A DNA stretch of 64,000 bases, taken from NCBI RefSeq assembly GCF_009914755.1, contig NC_060936.1. One strand, written 5' to 3'. Shown here one piece after another: positions 42,371 through 55,599 of this stretch. Within the stretch, counting starts at the first letter, position 1; each line of letters opens with the position of its first letter. The notes under the pieces are model-generated. The model saw only the letters and a list, made by a program, of their open reading frames with translations, did not search any database and was not told where the DNA came from. The DNA comes from the human T2T-CHM13v2.0 reference genome, Homo sapiens. The position numbers and the translations under genes were made by a program.

Positions 42371-43199
42371 GTTAGGGCAGAATGGAGGCATTTATACAGT
42401 CAGATGGCTTCCTACATATAAAGGAATGAGCTTTTTCCTCCCTACTTTGAAGTATATCCAAACATAAGTTTGATATTTTCTGAAAATCTCTGCAGCTCAA
42501 ACATGTACAATAATAAAGTATCTTTTTACCCCAATCTCTTCTAAACCTAGGACATTTAATCATTTGTGGAACTTGTGGGATTATTTTAGATACACTTCTC
42601 ATCAGCACCAGCAGCCATTGTGCAGTGATTTAAATTTTGCAAAGAAAATCAACAGCTGGTGAGGGCATTGCTGCTTATATTGCAAAGCTGTGCCATCTGT
42701 TTATGCAGTGCAATTTGCAAGATTTCTTAGATGACATATTTCATGATCATTTCATATGTGGAGCTCATGTTAAATCCTTCTAGTAGTGTCCTTGGAGGAA
42801 TCAAAATTGGCATTTATTATGGCTTTAAAAAGGACCCCATCCAATAAGAGATATTGCTGTATATCACTGAAATTAAAAGAACAATACTGCACATAAATAT
42901 CCACAATATACAGGCAGAATTCTTGATGCTGAGAGCTGTTAGCATAAAATCACATAACCAGGGACATTTCAGATTCATGGTCTCCAATCTCAGTTGTTGC
43001 CAGGCTACATTTCTCTTGACTCCTCCTCCCTCACCCTTAGTTATGGATGTTATATTCTATTTGATTAAAATGAGACCATAGAACAAAAGTTCCTTCCACC
43101 TTTATCTCCTAGTGCTTTGAGTACATTTTAATCACCACATTCTCCCAGAATCTCCTCCTGTCTTTGTGAAAGGGGATTTTCTCTTTCTACTCCAAGTTC

Positions 43200-46100
43200 T
43201 TTCACCTGTGAATTCCAATTTCTCTTTTGAGACTTTATTTCGTCAGGTACTCTGTCTTTTCTCCCCCAGTCCTCTTCTTCTTTTTTTCTTTTGCTTCCTC
43301 TCTCTCTCCTTAGGATTCTGTCTCTCACACACACTCTTCTTTTCTTTTCTTTCTCTCTTCTGGATCTTTTCTTAAAATTTATGTACATGTTTGAGTATAT
43401 ATGCATAGTTCAATAAAGAAATGCCTTTCAAGGACACCATATTCCCCTCTACCTCTACTTTTTTACTGTCGAGCTTCTTAAAAAATTTCCTGCTACGTGC
43501 TATCTGTACTTCATAATAAGCAATTTACTCCTCACCGTGCTGTGATCTGCCTTTTGTTCTCTAGTTCCACTGCAACTGTTCTTGCAAAGGTCACTAAGGA
43601 CTTTTGTATTTCCAAAGACAATGGATAAATCTCAGTTCTTATCTGACATGACTGCAGCAGTTGCCCATCTGATTATTCTCTCTCCATTCTGAAAACATCT
43701 GCCCTCTTTGTATCTATGAAACATCACACCTCTTGGTGCTGTGTAACTTCATAGAGGTCAGGCCCTCTTGGGTTGAATTTGGCTTGATTTTCTTCTCCCT
43801 GCCTTAGTTAGACTAGTACACTGACTCTAGACTGGATTCAACAACTCGTTAATTCTGTTTTGTGCTTCCACCCAGAGCTGTCAATCTATTCAGTGTTCTT
43901 CAACCCCAATTATTATGATCTGAACTCCTTTTACCAAAGGCATATAAACAATGCAGGCCAGACACTTTGCTAGGGAGAGATATAAAAAAGAACATGAGAA
44001 TTTCTCTGTGTTCTGCAAATGGTGATGTGGAATTAAGTATTCTCTATAAGTAATTTAGATGTGCTACTTGTTTGGTTCTCCATTCAAAGTCAGTAGTGGG
44101 AAAATGATGATTAATTTGGTGCATTGGGTGGGGAGGAGAGTGGCTAATAACACGTGGTTTGTTATTGTTGGTATACAGGTTTCAAAGCAAGGCATAGTGA
44201 GAGGTGAAGATGGACAGGTAGAAAGTCTAACCGTGAAGAGCCTTGTATGTTATGACAGTGTGTTCTATTCATTAAAGGCAAAGAAAAACTATGGAAGTTG
44301 TAAAAAGACATATGGTATATGTCATACTCAGAGGTTTTAAATCATTAGTTCTGAGATTCAGTTCAGAGAAAAGCTTTCCCATGCTTCTAAAGAAAATCAC
44401 CATTTGAGAATCATTATGCTAAGAAGTTTGGATTCGAGGGGAAATTATATAACTAGATAATTGACATAATTAAAAACTCATGATGCAACGTGGCCGCTTC
44501 TTTCCACATAGTTTCTATCTCCACTCTCTACAGGTTGCCACCATCAAATAGAGACTCTTTCATTTCCCTTCAACTGGATTTACAACCTATCTTACCTGGA
44601 TCCATCCTTTTCTATTTCCCCTCATGTAGCTATAGAATCAGTGTCCCTTTCCTAAGACTCATCCCTCTGCCTGTGTGTGCATGCCATTCCTTCTCCCTCC
44701 TTCAGAGACCTCTTTTCTTTGGTAATAACTTCTTATGCATGGTTCTTCAAATTATCTCTCATTTTTCTATTAGATCTTTCTTATCGGCATTCAAAGGCCT
44801 AGCAACCCTAGTAACCTTTAAAAACAAACAAAAGTTCCATGACCTGATAACTCTCTTCAGTTACCATCCTTTCTCTTGCCTATCTTTCCCAGCCAAATGC
44901 CTGGAAAAGATGCCTACTTCCTGTCTCCTATTAACTCTCTTACTACTTCCATTCTGACTTCTCTTATTTTGCTACTACAACTTCTCTTGCTAAGCTCACA
45001 ATGACCAATCTATGACTAAGCATAGCAGATACTTCTTAGACAGTTTGGACATCTCAGAAGTATTCAACATAACTTACCATGATTCTCTCTTTGAAAGAAA
45101 CTCTTTATTTTTGGCATATATGATTCCACCTTTTGCTAGTTTTCCTCTTACTTCTTTAGTCTCTCCTTGTCAAGAAGCTCTTTTGGTTCATCCTTCCCTA
45201 CTTAACCTCTATTTGTTAGAATTCCCGATAGCTCCACCCTGGACACTCTTTCTTCTCATTCTTTATTGTAAATTCAGACTTATATATATAACTGCAATCT
45301 CAAACCTAACTCTTCTTGCTCATCTTTTCAGCATGCTTCTTTACCCACTTTGCTTCATGATGCAAAAGCCAGGATATTTTAAAAGCCCCAACGCCACTTT
45401 ATTTACCAGTTGATGTCTATTTTAATACCTAAATGTGTCTTAAATATATCCACTTCCCTGTGATACCACAGTCACCTTACAGTCTAAGCTAACATCTTGT
45501 CTTGGCTGGAATACTGAGCCATAAAATTCCCCCACTTCCTATCCAGATCTACTATTTTAAAATGCAGCCAGAATGATTCCCATAAGCTACAATTGGATTC
45601 TGTCACATTCCTACTTAAAATTCTAAGACAGCTTCCCATGGCACTGGAGATGAAATCCAACATCTTTTATATGGCCTATTACCCTGTATCATCTAGACTA
45701 CATCTCCCTCTCCAGTCTCATTGCATTCCATTTTTTCCCGTCACTTGCTATACAACAGTTGCACAGGTTTTTTTCTCTGCTCCTTAAACACACCAAGTTC
45801 TTTACCACTTTTAGGATCTTCATGTGGAGGCTACTCCTGTCTGAAAAGCTCCACCTGCCTCTCCTATCTTCATACTGCCCCTCCAACCTTCTCCTCATGT
45901 TTTGCATTATTAACCTCTCTTCCTGCTTCAGGACACAGTTTAAATGTTACCATGTCTGCAGGGTTTTTTGTCTTGACTCCCCTTGCTATCTATGTAAGGG
46001 CCTAATTATAATCTCTCAACACACTCATTGCTTTTTCTTTGTGCTCCTTATTGCAGCTTATTGCTAAACATTAATTTCTGTGGTTGTTTAATAGGTCTTT

Positions 46101-46210
46101 CTCTCATCATACTATGTGCCTCATGAGACCAGAGAACCAAATATCTCATTTGTTTATATCCTACCCTCAGCATAGCACAGGATTTAACATACAGTAATTA
46201 CCAATACATA
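43200..46210 (+). mobile_element. Long L2 remnants (two or more fragments)
   Basis: TTCTTGCAAAGGTCACTAAGGAC, CTCTTGCTAAGCTCACAATGACC, TAAGACAGCTTCCCATGGCACT and an L2 3' end near 46200; ORFs here are spurious. Confidence 0.75.
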
Positions 46211-46259
46211 TGAGATAGACATTCAGAGGTGTTAAGCTAACTGCCATGGTAAGACTTAA

Positions 46260-46780
46260 ATTTCAAGGGATCCAGGTAGTGACATTGAGGAGAATGCAAT
46301 AGAAAAGGGCAACCCTCCTAGTAAGGGGAGGATTTTAAGAAGCTATTGTAGCCATCTGAGCAAGATATAAAGAGAAGTTGAGCCAGAAAAATGCCCACAG
46401 AAATGGGAAAGAAATGACAGATTTTTAAAGATGGTTAGGAGATATTGTGAACAGGGCTTGATGAGCAACTTAATGTGGTTTTATAATGAGAGAAAGGAGC
46501 CAGAATGACTTCCAGATTTATGGTGTGAACAACAGAGAACTATGATGCTATTAATAAGGTCAATGGCATACAAAAAGAAGAGAATTTTGAGAGAAGTGGA
46601 TGGGGATGGTTTCAGATGTGTTGAGTTGAAGTCCCTGTGATACATACAAGCAAAGATGTCTGGTTGGCATTTAGATACACATCAGGATGGACTGGAAGTT
46701 TTCTAAGTATGAGTGCCACTGGGAGCAATGAGAGAGAATGAAATATTTCTTAGGGAAAGAGAACAGTGTTTAAGAGCAGT
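46260..46780 (-). mobile_element. L2 fragment
   Basis: AGAAGCTATTGTAGCCATCTGAGC, GAATGACTTCCAGATTT, TTCAGATGTGTTGAGTTGAAG. Confidence 0.7.
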
Positions 46781-47123
46781 AAAGAAAATTATAATATTAT
46801 CTAGGAATACCTTCTAGAAACCTATGAAGTTGTAAGCTTTTTAAAAAGTAAACATACTCAGACAAAAATAAGAGGAATACAACAGTGACAAAAGATGCCA
46901 ACACAATTTACAGATGTATTGAGGCATAATAAATAATTTTAAGTAGGAAAGTCAAATTTGCCAATGAGATAAAAATCAATTGAACCTCCAAAAGTTTTAA
47001 AAAATTTATGCAGAAGTCAAAGATAAAGGGTAGGGCTGGAAACCAGATTGTTAGCTAAAATTTTAAGGTTCTCAGACTCATAACCAGATAAATACTTCTC
47101 TTTGGCCTAGGTAAGAGAACAGT

Positions 47124-47435
47124 ATTTATTGATTTATTTATTTATTTTTGAGACAGTCTCACTCTGCTGCCCAGGCTGGGATGCAGTGGTACAGTCTCAG
47201 CTCACTGCAACTTCCCCCTCTCGAGTTCAAGCAATTCTCCAGCCTCAGCCACCCAGGTAGCTGGGATTACAGGTGTGCGCCACCATGTCTAGCTAATTTT
47301 TGTGGTTTTTAGTAGAGACGGGGTTTCCTCATGTTGGCCAGGCTGGTCTTGAACTCCTGACCTCAAGTCAAATGATTTGCCCACTTTGGCCTCCCAAAGT
47401 TCTGGCATTACAGGTGTGAGCCACCGTGCCTGGAC
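47124..47435 (-). mobile_element. AluS-like
   Basis: (TTTA)n tail; full dimer; approximate TSD AAGAG(AA)CAGT. Confidence 0.93.
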
Positions 47436-48451
47436 AAGAGCAGTTTTTAGTCTTTAAAACGACTGAGCCAGAGACATTATGGGTCATGGGACAAAAGGTA
47501 TGGCAGAAAGCAAGTGTAAGTATGCAACCTGAACCAAAGGGAAACTAATAAGTCTATAGGTTTAACTAGAGACCACCAGCTGCCTTTTTCGGCTCAACAC
47601 CCAAATACAACCAGATTTACGTATCTGAAAAGACTTGTAGGTACTGAGTTTTGAGGACTATATGATGAAATGGTATCGTCCTCAATTGATCAGCACAGAG
47701 TGAAGCCCAGTGTTCAACAAGCCATGCCCCAATATAGAAAGTGTTCATTATTCCAATATTGTTAGATACCTAAGGAACAACAAACGTAAGAGAGTATACA
47801 ACATGAAAAAATCAATTATAAAAGGGGTAAAAAATATTGTTAAAAAACTATGACTGACATGCTCAAGGTGATAAAAAAAGATAACTGCATTCTTAAAACA
47901 CCACATTCTTAAAACATACCATTAAAAAAAAGTACTGAACCATAAAAAGAAAAATTTGGAGAATAAGAAAAACTTTTTAGAAATTAAATTACATAGATAA
48001 AATTAAAACTGTTATAAAATAATTGAAGATAAAGTCAGGGAACAAATGAAAAGAGAAAAATATAAAAATAGGAGAAAAATAATCAGGATTAATTTAGGAA
48101 GTCTAAAAATTGATTAATATAATTCTATAAGAAGACAATGGTGAAAAATGGAAGAAAAGAAGTTATGAAGAAATAACACCAGAAAACTTTCTAGATTAGA
48201 AGTTTATAGTATCAAGGCTAAAAGTACCCACCCATTAGAAGAAAAATCAAATTAAAAAGATCTCCACCAAGGCAGGTCATCATAAAAATTTAGAATACCA
48301 AGGACAAAGATGAGATTATGAAAGCATCCAGAGAGACAAAAACATGTTACAAACTAACATGTTTTTGTCATGGGCTTCTAAATAGCAACACTGAAATCTG
48401 AAATGACGTTGGGCTTCTAAGTAGCAACACTGAAATCTGGAAAAGAGTGTG

Positions 48452-48750
48452 TCTGGCTACAGTGGCTCATGCTTGTAATCCCAATGCTTTGGGAGTCCAA
48501 GGTGGGAGGGTAGCTTGAGACCAGGAGTTCATGACCAACCTGAGCAATATAGCAAGACACCATCTTAAAAAAAAAAATTTAGATCAGTGTGGTGGTATGC
48601 ACATAGAGTCCTAGCTACTGAGGAGACTGAGGCAGAGCCCAGGAATTCAAGGCTTCAGTGAACTGTAATTGTACCACTGCACTCCAGCCTGGGCAACAGT
48701 GTGGGACCCTGTCTCTGAAAAAGAAAAAAAATAAAATAAAAATAAAGAAG
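48452..48750 (+). mobile_element. AluJ with a small right-arm deletion
   Basis: GCTTGAGACCAGGAGTTC; GAGCCCAGGAATTCAAGGCTTCAGTGA; A-rich tail. Confidence 0.9.
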
Positions 48751-49229
48751 AAAGGAAAATGAACAATGTCTTCAAAATTCCAAGGAAAAGGTATTCTCAG
48801 CCTGGAATTTTAAATCCAGCCAAACTATGTGAAGTATAAATATAGGATAAAGATATTTTCAAATAAACATGAATTCAAAATGTTTATCTTCCTTGAACTT
48901 ACTTTTAGGAGGCTATAAGAAAATATACAATGTCAAAATTAAGGAATTAAAAAATAAAGAAGGGAGATATAGTGCAAGAAAAAAAAATCCTACACAGGAG
49001 AGGCATGGGAATTTCCCAGAATGATAGATAAAGAGAAAACCAGATTTTTTAAATTTAAAAATTACAAATTATTAAGCACAAAAATAAAAACTTTAAAGCT
49101 TGTATTGATATTACCTCTAACACTCATTTGTACTCTCACCAGAATTAAAAATAAATGCCCACTAAGAAAACAATTATGTTATCCTTAAAAATTTTGGATG
49201 GCAATTTCAAGGTACTTTTGGGGTTCTGA

Positions 49230-49722
49230 TGTACGGTAGGAACAATTCTAAATTGGCCCCCAAGATCTCTCCATGGTGTACATACCTTCTATAATCCTTT
49301 CCCCATGAGTGTAGGAAAGACTTGTGAACAAAATGAGATTTCACTCTTGCGATTACATTATATAGCAAAGATGAACGAATTTTACAAGTGTAAATAAAGT
49401 AACTAACTTGGAGTTAATCAATCAGAAAAGACATTTGCCTAGGTGGCTCAAATCTAATCAGGAGGGCCATTTAAAATACAGTCCAGGCACTCCCTTAAGA
49501 AAGAGATTCAAAGAAACACAGATTCTCCTGGAGTCACTTGGACACAGGGTGGGGAACATCACACACTGGGGCCTGTTGTGGGGTGGGGGACTGAGGGAGG
49601 GATAGCATTAGGAGATATACCTAATGTAAATGGCGAGTTAATGGGTGCAGCACACCAACATGGCACATGTATACATATGTAACAAACCTACACATTGTGC
49701 ACATGTACCCTAGAACTTAAAG

Positions 49723-49758
<36 letters not shown>

Positions 49759-50105
49759 GAAACAAACAACCATATTGCGAACTACCTTTCAAACGAAGCA
49801 CATAGCAAGGCTCTGAAGTCAGCCTCCAGCACCTGAGGGCAGTCTCCAACCCACAGCCAGAAATAAAACAGGGACTTCAGGCCTACAACTACAAGGAATT
49901 GAACTCTGCCAACAACCAATAAACTAAAAAGATGATCCCAAGCTTCAAATGAGATTGTAGTTCCAACCCATAATCTGTTCAGACCCTAAGCAGACAACTC
50001 AGTAAAGCCATAACTAGACTCCAGACTCACAGAAATGCTGAGGTAATAAATACACATCATTTTAAGCCCCTAAGTTTAGGATGATCTGTTAATTGAGCCA
50101 ACAGA
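49230..50105 (+). mobile_element. MLT1E-like MaLR LTR interrupted by an L1PA fragment
   Basis: AATTCTAAATTGGCCCCCAAGAT start; CAACTACAAGGAATTGAACTCTGCCAACAACC; AATAAA near 50045. Confidence 0.8.
49535..49758 (+). mobile_element. Young 5'-truncated L1PA (about L1PA4-5) 3'UTR with (AAT)n tail
   Basis: GGGATAGCATTAGGAGATATACCTAATGTAAATG...CCTAGAACTTAAAGTAT(AAT)n. Confidence 0.93.
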
Positions 50106-50264
50106 AAACGAATTCATCATCTCAGCTGATTGAATTGGCTTAGCAACCAGAGATTTCACTTCCTTAAGATCTAGGAGTGAAGGTATTCGAGACAAATCCT
50201 CTTACTACTAGAACCACAATCTTGAGTCTCCTATAATTTCTATATTGCAGGAAATAAAATTTAA

Positions 50265-50652
<388 letters not shown>

Positions 50653-51189
50653 TAATATTGCCTAATTTTACATCATCATGTCTGGCTGAATATTGGATCA
50701 TGAATATTTTTATAGTTTATACTACTTTGGGTCATTCTGCTAAGAAGAGGGCTAATTTAAAGCTATAAAATAGGAAGAAATAACTAATGGCGTCAAACTC
50801 AAAGAAGATCATAGTGGATAGGATCCAGAGAAGAGGTGAAAAAATTAGCATTAAACTGAATGTTGAATATGATTTCCACCAAAATGGTAGAGAAAAGAGC
50901 AGATAAATGAATTTTGTGAAGGACCCATAGCAAGGATAAGAGGATACTTGCTAAAAGATCTCTAATTTTTCTTTGAAGTTGGAGACTACTCTGGCCAATT
51001 TAAGGTGGGTTAATGAAAAGATTGGGATCTTGAAAAAAATTATAAATGGCTTTTTGGGAAAATTACAGAAAACATTAACTGGAGACACATTGAATAAAAG
51101 ACAGCTAAGAGAGTCTAGTAAAATATTGGGAAATATTATATATTATTGCTTAGCTTCTATGTGGGAAGCATTTGTCTTTGCTTTATAAT

Positions 51190-51440
51190 GTTTGGCTTGG
51201 CCCGGTGACATGCTTTGGACAATGGAATATAGGCAGAAGGGACAGTGTGTCAGTTTTCTTTGTAGGTCTTAAAGTTATGATATATTTCTATTTCATGTCT
51301 CTGGGAGTTTCTGACCCCACTGGAAGAAGAACTTGCCTCAGGTAGTTCCTGCTTCTTCAGCCTGGGCCTTAGAAGAAAAAATAGAAAATGAACCAAAGCC
51401 TAGAGCCAAGTCAGCCAGCAACCCACAGACCTTTCCAAAC
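51190..51440 (+). mobile_element. MLT1 (G/H/J-like) LTR fragment
   Basis: GGCTTGGCCCGGTGACATGCTTTGGACAATGGAATATAGGCAGAAG. Confidence 0.65.
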
Positions 51441-52012
51441 TGACCAGTACAAGTATCCATTGTGAACTTGCAGTAACGGCCCAGAAGCCTGTGTGAATTT
51501 TGTCTGGCAGTGATCAGTAATTCAGTAGAGGACAAGCAGAGAGGCGAATAGTTAAGTTGATCCAGGGACAGAGTTTTTCCAGGGCAAAGCTGAAAGAAAA
51601 ATGGAAATTGAGGGCCATGGCAAAGAGCCATTGATAATGATGAATGTTTTGGTCTTGGCTGAATAGAAAAGGAAGTGAAAGTAGAAGGGAATTGTAGGTT
51701 AACATGGAGCCTCACACCACACAGTTTTTACTGCAGAAGAAATCTTCACTCATTATAAAGCCAACACGATTAATTTCCAGTTCCTTTCTTCTCACATTCC
51801 TTATTTTCTTCTTTGCAACCTCTATTTTCTCAATTCAAGCATTTTTTGAGTGTTTGGCATTGGGGATATAAAGAAACCAAGTGGACTTCCTTGAGCTTGA
51901 GTTTTAGGTTAGGCCAGGTAACAGGTGAAAAAGCAACCATATTCGAATGAATGTGGACTCTTGTATTTTTCACTAGATTATCGCACAATATCTATGTCTT
52001 CACAGGCCCTTC

Positions 52013-52470
52013 TGTAGTAAGACCCTGCTACATCCCATTAAGGAGTTGAGTCTATGGACCCTCTCCTAGAATCTGGGTGGACTTTAGATCACTTTGAGCA
52101 GTAGATTATGATGGAAATGTTTTTATGTGGCTTGGAATTCTCTCCCTCCTGACATTTTCCTTCAGAATGCTTTCTGTTGGAACCTGGCCAAGAGAAAGTT
52201 AAGAAATTACATGTAGAGTGGTTGTGGTCCACCATTGAAGGTAAGTTCAACTTCTTAGTCATTAGAGTCCAAATACCAGTTATGTAACTGAAGAAGTCTT
52301 CATAAGATTCCAGTCCCTTAGACATTTTGGTTGTCTCAGGATGGCCCCAGGCACTGTGGAACAGACCAAGCCATCTGTCCGTACCCTGACCAAATTTTTG
52401 TCCCACAGAATACATGAGTATAATAAAATGGTGATTGCTTAGCTAGTAAGATTAGGGTGGTGTTTAGCAG
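52013..52470 (+). mobile_element. MLT1H-like LTR
   Basis: TCCCATTAAGGAGTTGAGTCTATG...GAATCTGGGTGG; CCCTGACCAAATTTTTGTCCCACAGAA...AATAAAATGGTG. Confidence 0.75.
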
Positions 52471-52665
52471 CCTGGAATGATATGATATATGCTGGCATAA
52501 AAGTTGGTGCAGAGTGCTCTGACAGAACTGAGAAGGCAGTGGATAGCTCTAAATGAAGAAATGGGTGTGATAATCCAAGGAGATTTAGAGAGTGAAAGAG
52601 AAAACTGGAGATCTCAGAAAACACTGAAACCACTTCAAGGATTTGGTAAGTATATTTTATCACCA

Positions 52666-53175
52666 TTCTATTAGTTTCTTGGGGCTGCTATAATAAGTTA
52701 CTACAAATGTGTTGGTTTAAAACAGCAGAAATGTATGCCGTCATGATTCTGAGGACCAGAAATCTGTTATCAGCATCACTGGACTAAAATCAAGGTGTTG
52801 TAGGGCTGCATTCCCTCTGGAGGCTCTAGGAGAGAATTCTTTCCTTGAATCTTTCATCTTCTGATGGCTGCTGGCAACCCTTGGTTTGTGGTTGCGTCAC
52901 TTCAATCTTCAAGGCCAGCATATTGGAATCTCTCTTCACTTTGCCTTCTCCTCTGTTGTGTACTGTCAAATCTCCCTCTACAGCCTCTTTTGCCATCTTA
53001 TAAGGATTCATACATTTGCATTTAGAGCCCACCCTGATCTTCCAGGATAATCTCTCCATCTCAAGATCCTTAACTTAATCAAATCTACAAACACCCTGTT
53101 TCCATGTAAGGTAACATTTATAGGTTTTGAAAATTAGAATCTGATATATTTGAGGGACCATTATTTAATCTACCA
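52666..53175 (-). mobile_element. MLT1C-like LTR
   Basis: TATTAGTTTCTTGGGGCTGCTATAA; GGAGGCTCTAGGAGAGAATTC; CCAGGATAATCTCTCCATCTCAAGATCCTTAACTTAATC. Confidence 0.88.
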
Positions 53176-53710
53176 ATGAAGGGTGAAATTTCTTCATTTT
53201 GAGGACTGCTTCTTAAAGCATATTGATGTGATTCTATTTCAATCTCAGCTCTCTAATCTAAGAGTCAAAACTCTTTTCTAATTACCCCAAATTAAAATGC
53301 ATTTCTGTTAGTGGATGTGTTTCCCTTAGCTAAAGTTGTATGCACCAATAAGTCAAACTATTACCCAATATGCTCTTTAACCTCCAGCAAATAATGAGCC
53401 TATCAAGACAGTGCAGTCTATTAAGGTTACCCTGATTGCCATTATTGGAAGAAATACACCAAGATTTTTTTTAATTACTCAATATATCATTCTATGTTTG
53501 AAAATAGACATTAGGCTTTCTACATTTTCACAATGGAATAATGCTTCAAACAAAAAAAACCTGTCCCAAATGTCTACAAACAGCCTGAACTAAAATCTAG
53601 CAAGACAATATTTTATTTGGATGGTTCTTATGTCCATATTTATATTTGCATCATTACTATAATTACTGTTATTTTAAGTGACAAGAAAGTGCTACACTAG
53701 GATGTAGGAC

Positions 53711-54111
53711 TGTTAAAAAGAAAAACCTTAGACAAATTACATTTAACAGAGTTCAACTGAGCAAATAACAATTTGTGAATTTGGCAGCCTCAAACTAGAA
53801 TAGGTTCAGAGAGATTCCAGTGCTACCTCATGGTTGAAAAAGATTTATGTACAGAAAAAGAAAAGTGATGTACAGAAAATGAAAGTGAGGTACAGAAACA
53901 GCCAGACTGGTTACAGCTCTGTGTTTGCCTTATTTGAACATGGTTTGAAGGGCTGGCCACCTTTGATTGGCAGAAACGCCATGACTGGGACAAGAGTAGG
54001 TTACAGACTATTAGCACATCCAGTTAGGTTACAGGTGACTATGTACAAAGAAAGTTTTGGCCTAAGTTAAAATATATAAGAAGGCAGTTTTAGACTAAAC
54101 TTAATTTAACA
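53711..54111 (-). mobile_element. MER57 (B-like) ERV1 3' LTR
   Basis: On the minus strand: TGTTAAATTAAGTTTAGTCTAAA ... TTTTTAACA; adjacent polypurine tract AAAAGGGGGAAT (54112-54123). Confidence 0.9.
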
Positions 54112-54639
54112 ATTCCCCCTTTTGGTCAACCTCTGAAAATTGGGAGGTTGACCAAAAGTTTAGGCATTGACATCACCCTGTCACTACAGTAAATGTACTT
54201 ATTTAGTCTCAATAGTAGAACTGGGAAATAGTAGAACAGTAGATTTTTTATAAGGTGGATAATGGTTAGAGTAGATGGGGGACCTCCTTGTCCTGGAATC
54301 TCCTGTTTATAGAAGAACAACAAAACCTGGTCTGTTTTAGGACCTATCCACTTCCTTAAAGTTTCAGTTTGATTATGTTGCATTTAGCATGAGTGACTCC
54401 ATTTTGGTTTTGTTCGGTCTGTTGAGGACAGGTCAAAACAATGGCCTTTCATAAAACTTAGATGTTTAAAAATTTTCTCCTTTGGGTTAGGTTTCTCTTT
54501 TAAGTGAGAGTGTGACAAAAACTTAGGGCTTTAGCACCACTCTCAGTTACCATCTTTTTGGGTTTCTGGTCTCATCACCTCATTTATAGGTTATGGTATT
54601 TTCATAATCACACATTTCTTTGACTATTTATTGTTTCAG

Positions 54640-55200
54640 TCAAAGAGAGGTCATTTGACATTTTACAGATGGCTCCATACAAACATTTAAAATTTTTGAG
54701 GGAATGTGGTGTACCATGGAGACAACTATTATAACTATCAGGAGAATAATACCAAGAGTTTGGAGTATGCTCCTTAGCCAGGGTCCCCATAAGCCAAACC
54801 AACTAAAATCAAATATATCAAATAATGAGCTAGATAAAGAGTCTACTAGTTTTAACCAAACAGCCTGTTCATTAATCTCCTCAACTGATTCTCTATAATA
54901 CACAATGTATTCCTCATGTGCAGCTAGAAGTATCAGCAACTGCACAGATATTTCTCTGTTTAGCCAGTAAGTAATCTAGGGCAATTCTATTATATAGCAC
55001 AACTTTAGTAAGAGAAATTAAAGTCTGTTGTGTAATCATAGCCTTTGCAGTAGAATCTGCTGTAGAGCCTATTATAAGGGACACATTTCTAGTCATTGCT
55101 TCATTTACCCTAAACCATGGAAAAAGAGGCCTAATAAATGATGCCCATCCAGAAGAGTGAAGGCCTCTTGGCAATGTTCTCTTTAACCTACGATATAGGT
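54640..55200 (-). pseudogene. Gamma-type retroviral env remnant (TM subunit)
   Basis: Furin site RRLKR, fusion peptide GWASFIRPLFPWF, ISD VLYNRIALDYLL, degenerate CX6CC (CAVADTSSC), stop plus frameshift, then anchor LGIILLIVIIVV. Confidence 0.88.
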
Positions 55201-55599
55201 TAAGAGGAGTGGACCAATGTTCTGTTTCTCAGTGATTAAGAAGGAACAAAGGTTTTACTAAAATTTCCCACCCACATTAGCCCTTTATCATCCATCTGTC
55301 AATACATAAGGTTGTTCATGTATAAGGTGGGTTGCAAAATCCTCCACAAATAAAAGTACATCCCATGAGTACACACAAAATGTCCATTTTTGAGTTCTAT
55401 TGTTTATACAGACATAAACAAGGAAAAATTGAGAGATAAGAGTTTCATGATAGCAAGGAAGCCTTGACTTGTGATTGTGGGATAAAGCTATCCATGTCTA
55501 GGATATTGTCTACTTCTGGGGAGAAACTTCTCCAGTTAGCTTTACCTTAAGGTCTCCAGTGAAGGTTCACATCTAAGAGTCTGGAGAAGTCCTTCTGAA

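Larger units (their letters stand above)
46800..49030 (+). mobile_element. HAL1 or old L1M ORF1-region remnant hosting two Alus
   Basis: A-rich ORF1-like blocks: AATACCAAGGACAAAGATGAGATTATGAAAGCATCCAGAGAG, AATGTCTTCAAAATTC, AATCCAGCCAAACTAT. Confidence 0.65.

Noticed and set aside
44490-46067. Several 90-155 aa hydrophobic ORFs
   Set aside because: They arise from pyrimidine-rich L2 remnants, not genes
53849-53898. GTACAGAAA repeated three times
   Set aside because: Intrinsic to the MER57 LTR sequence
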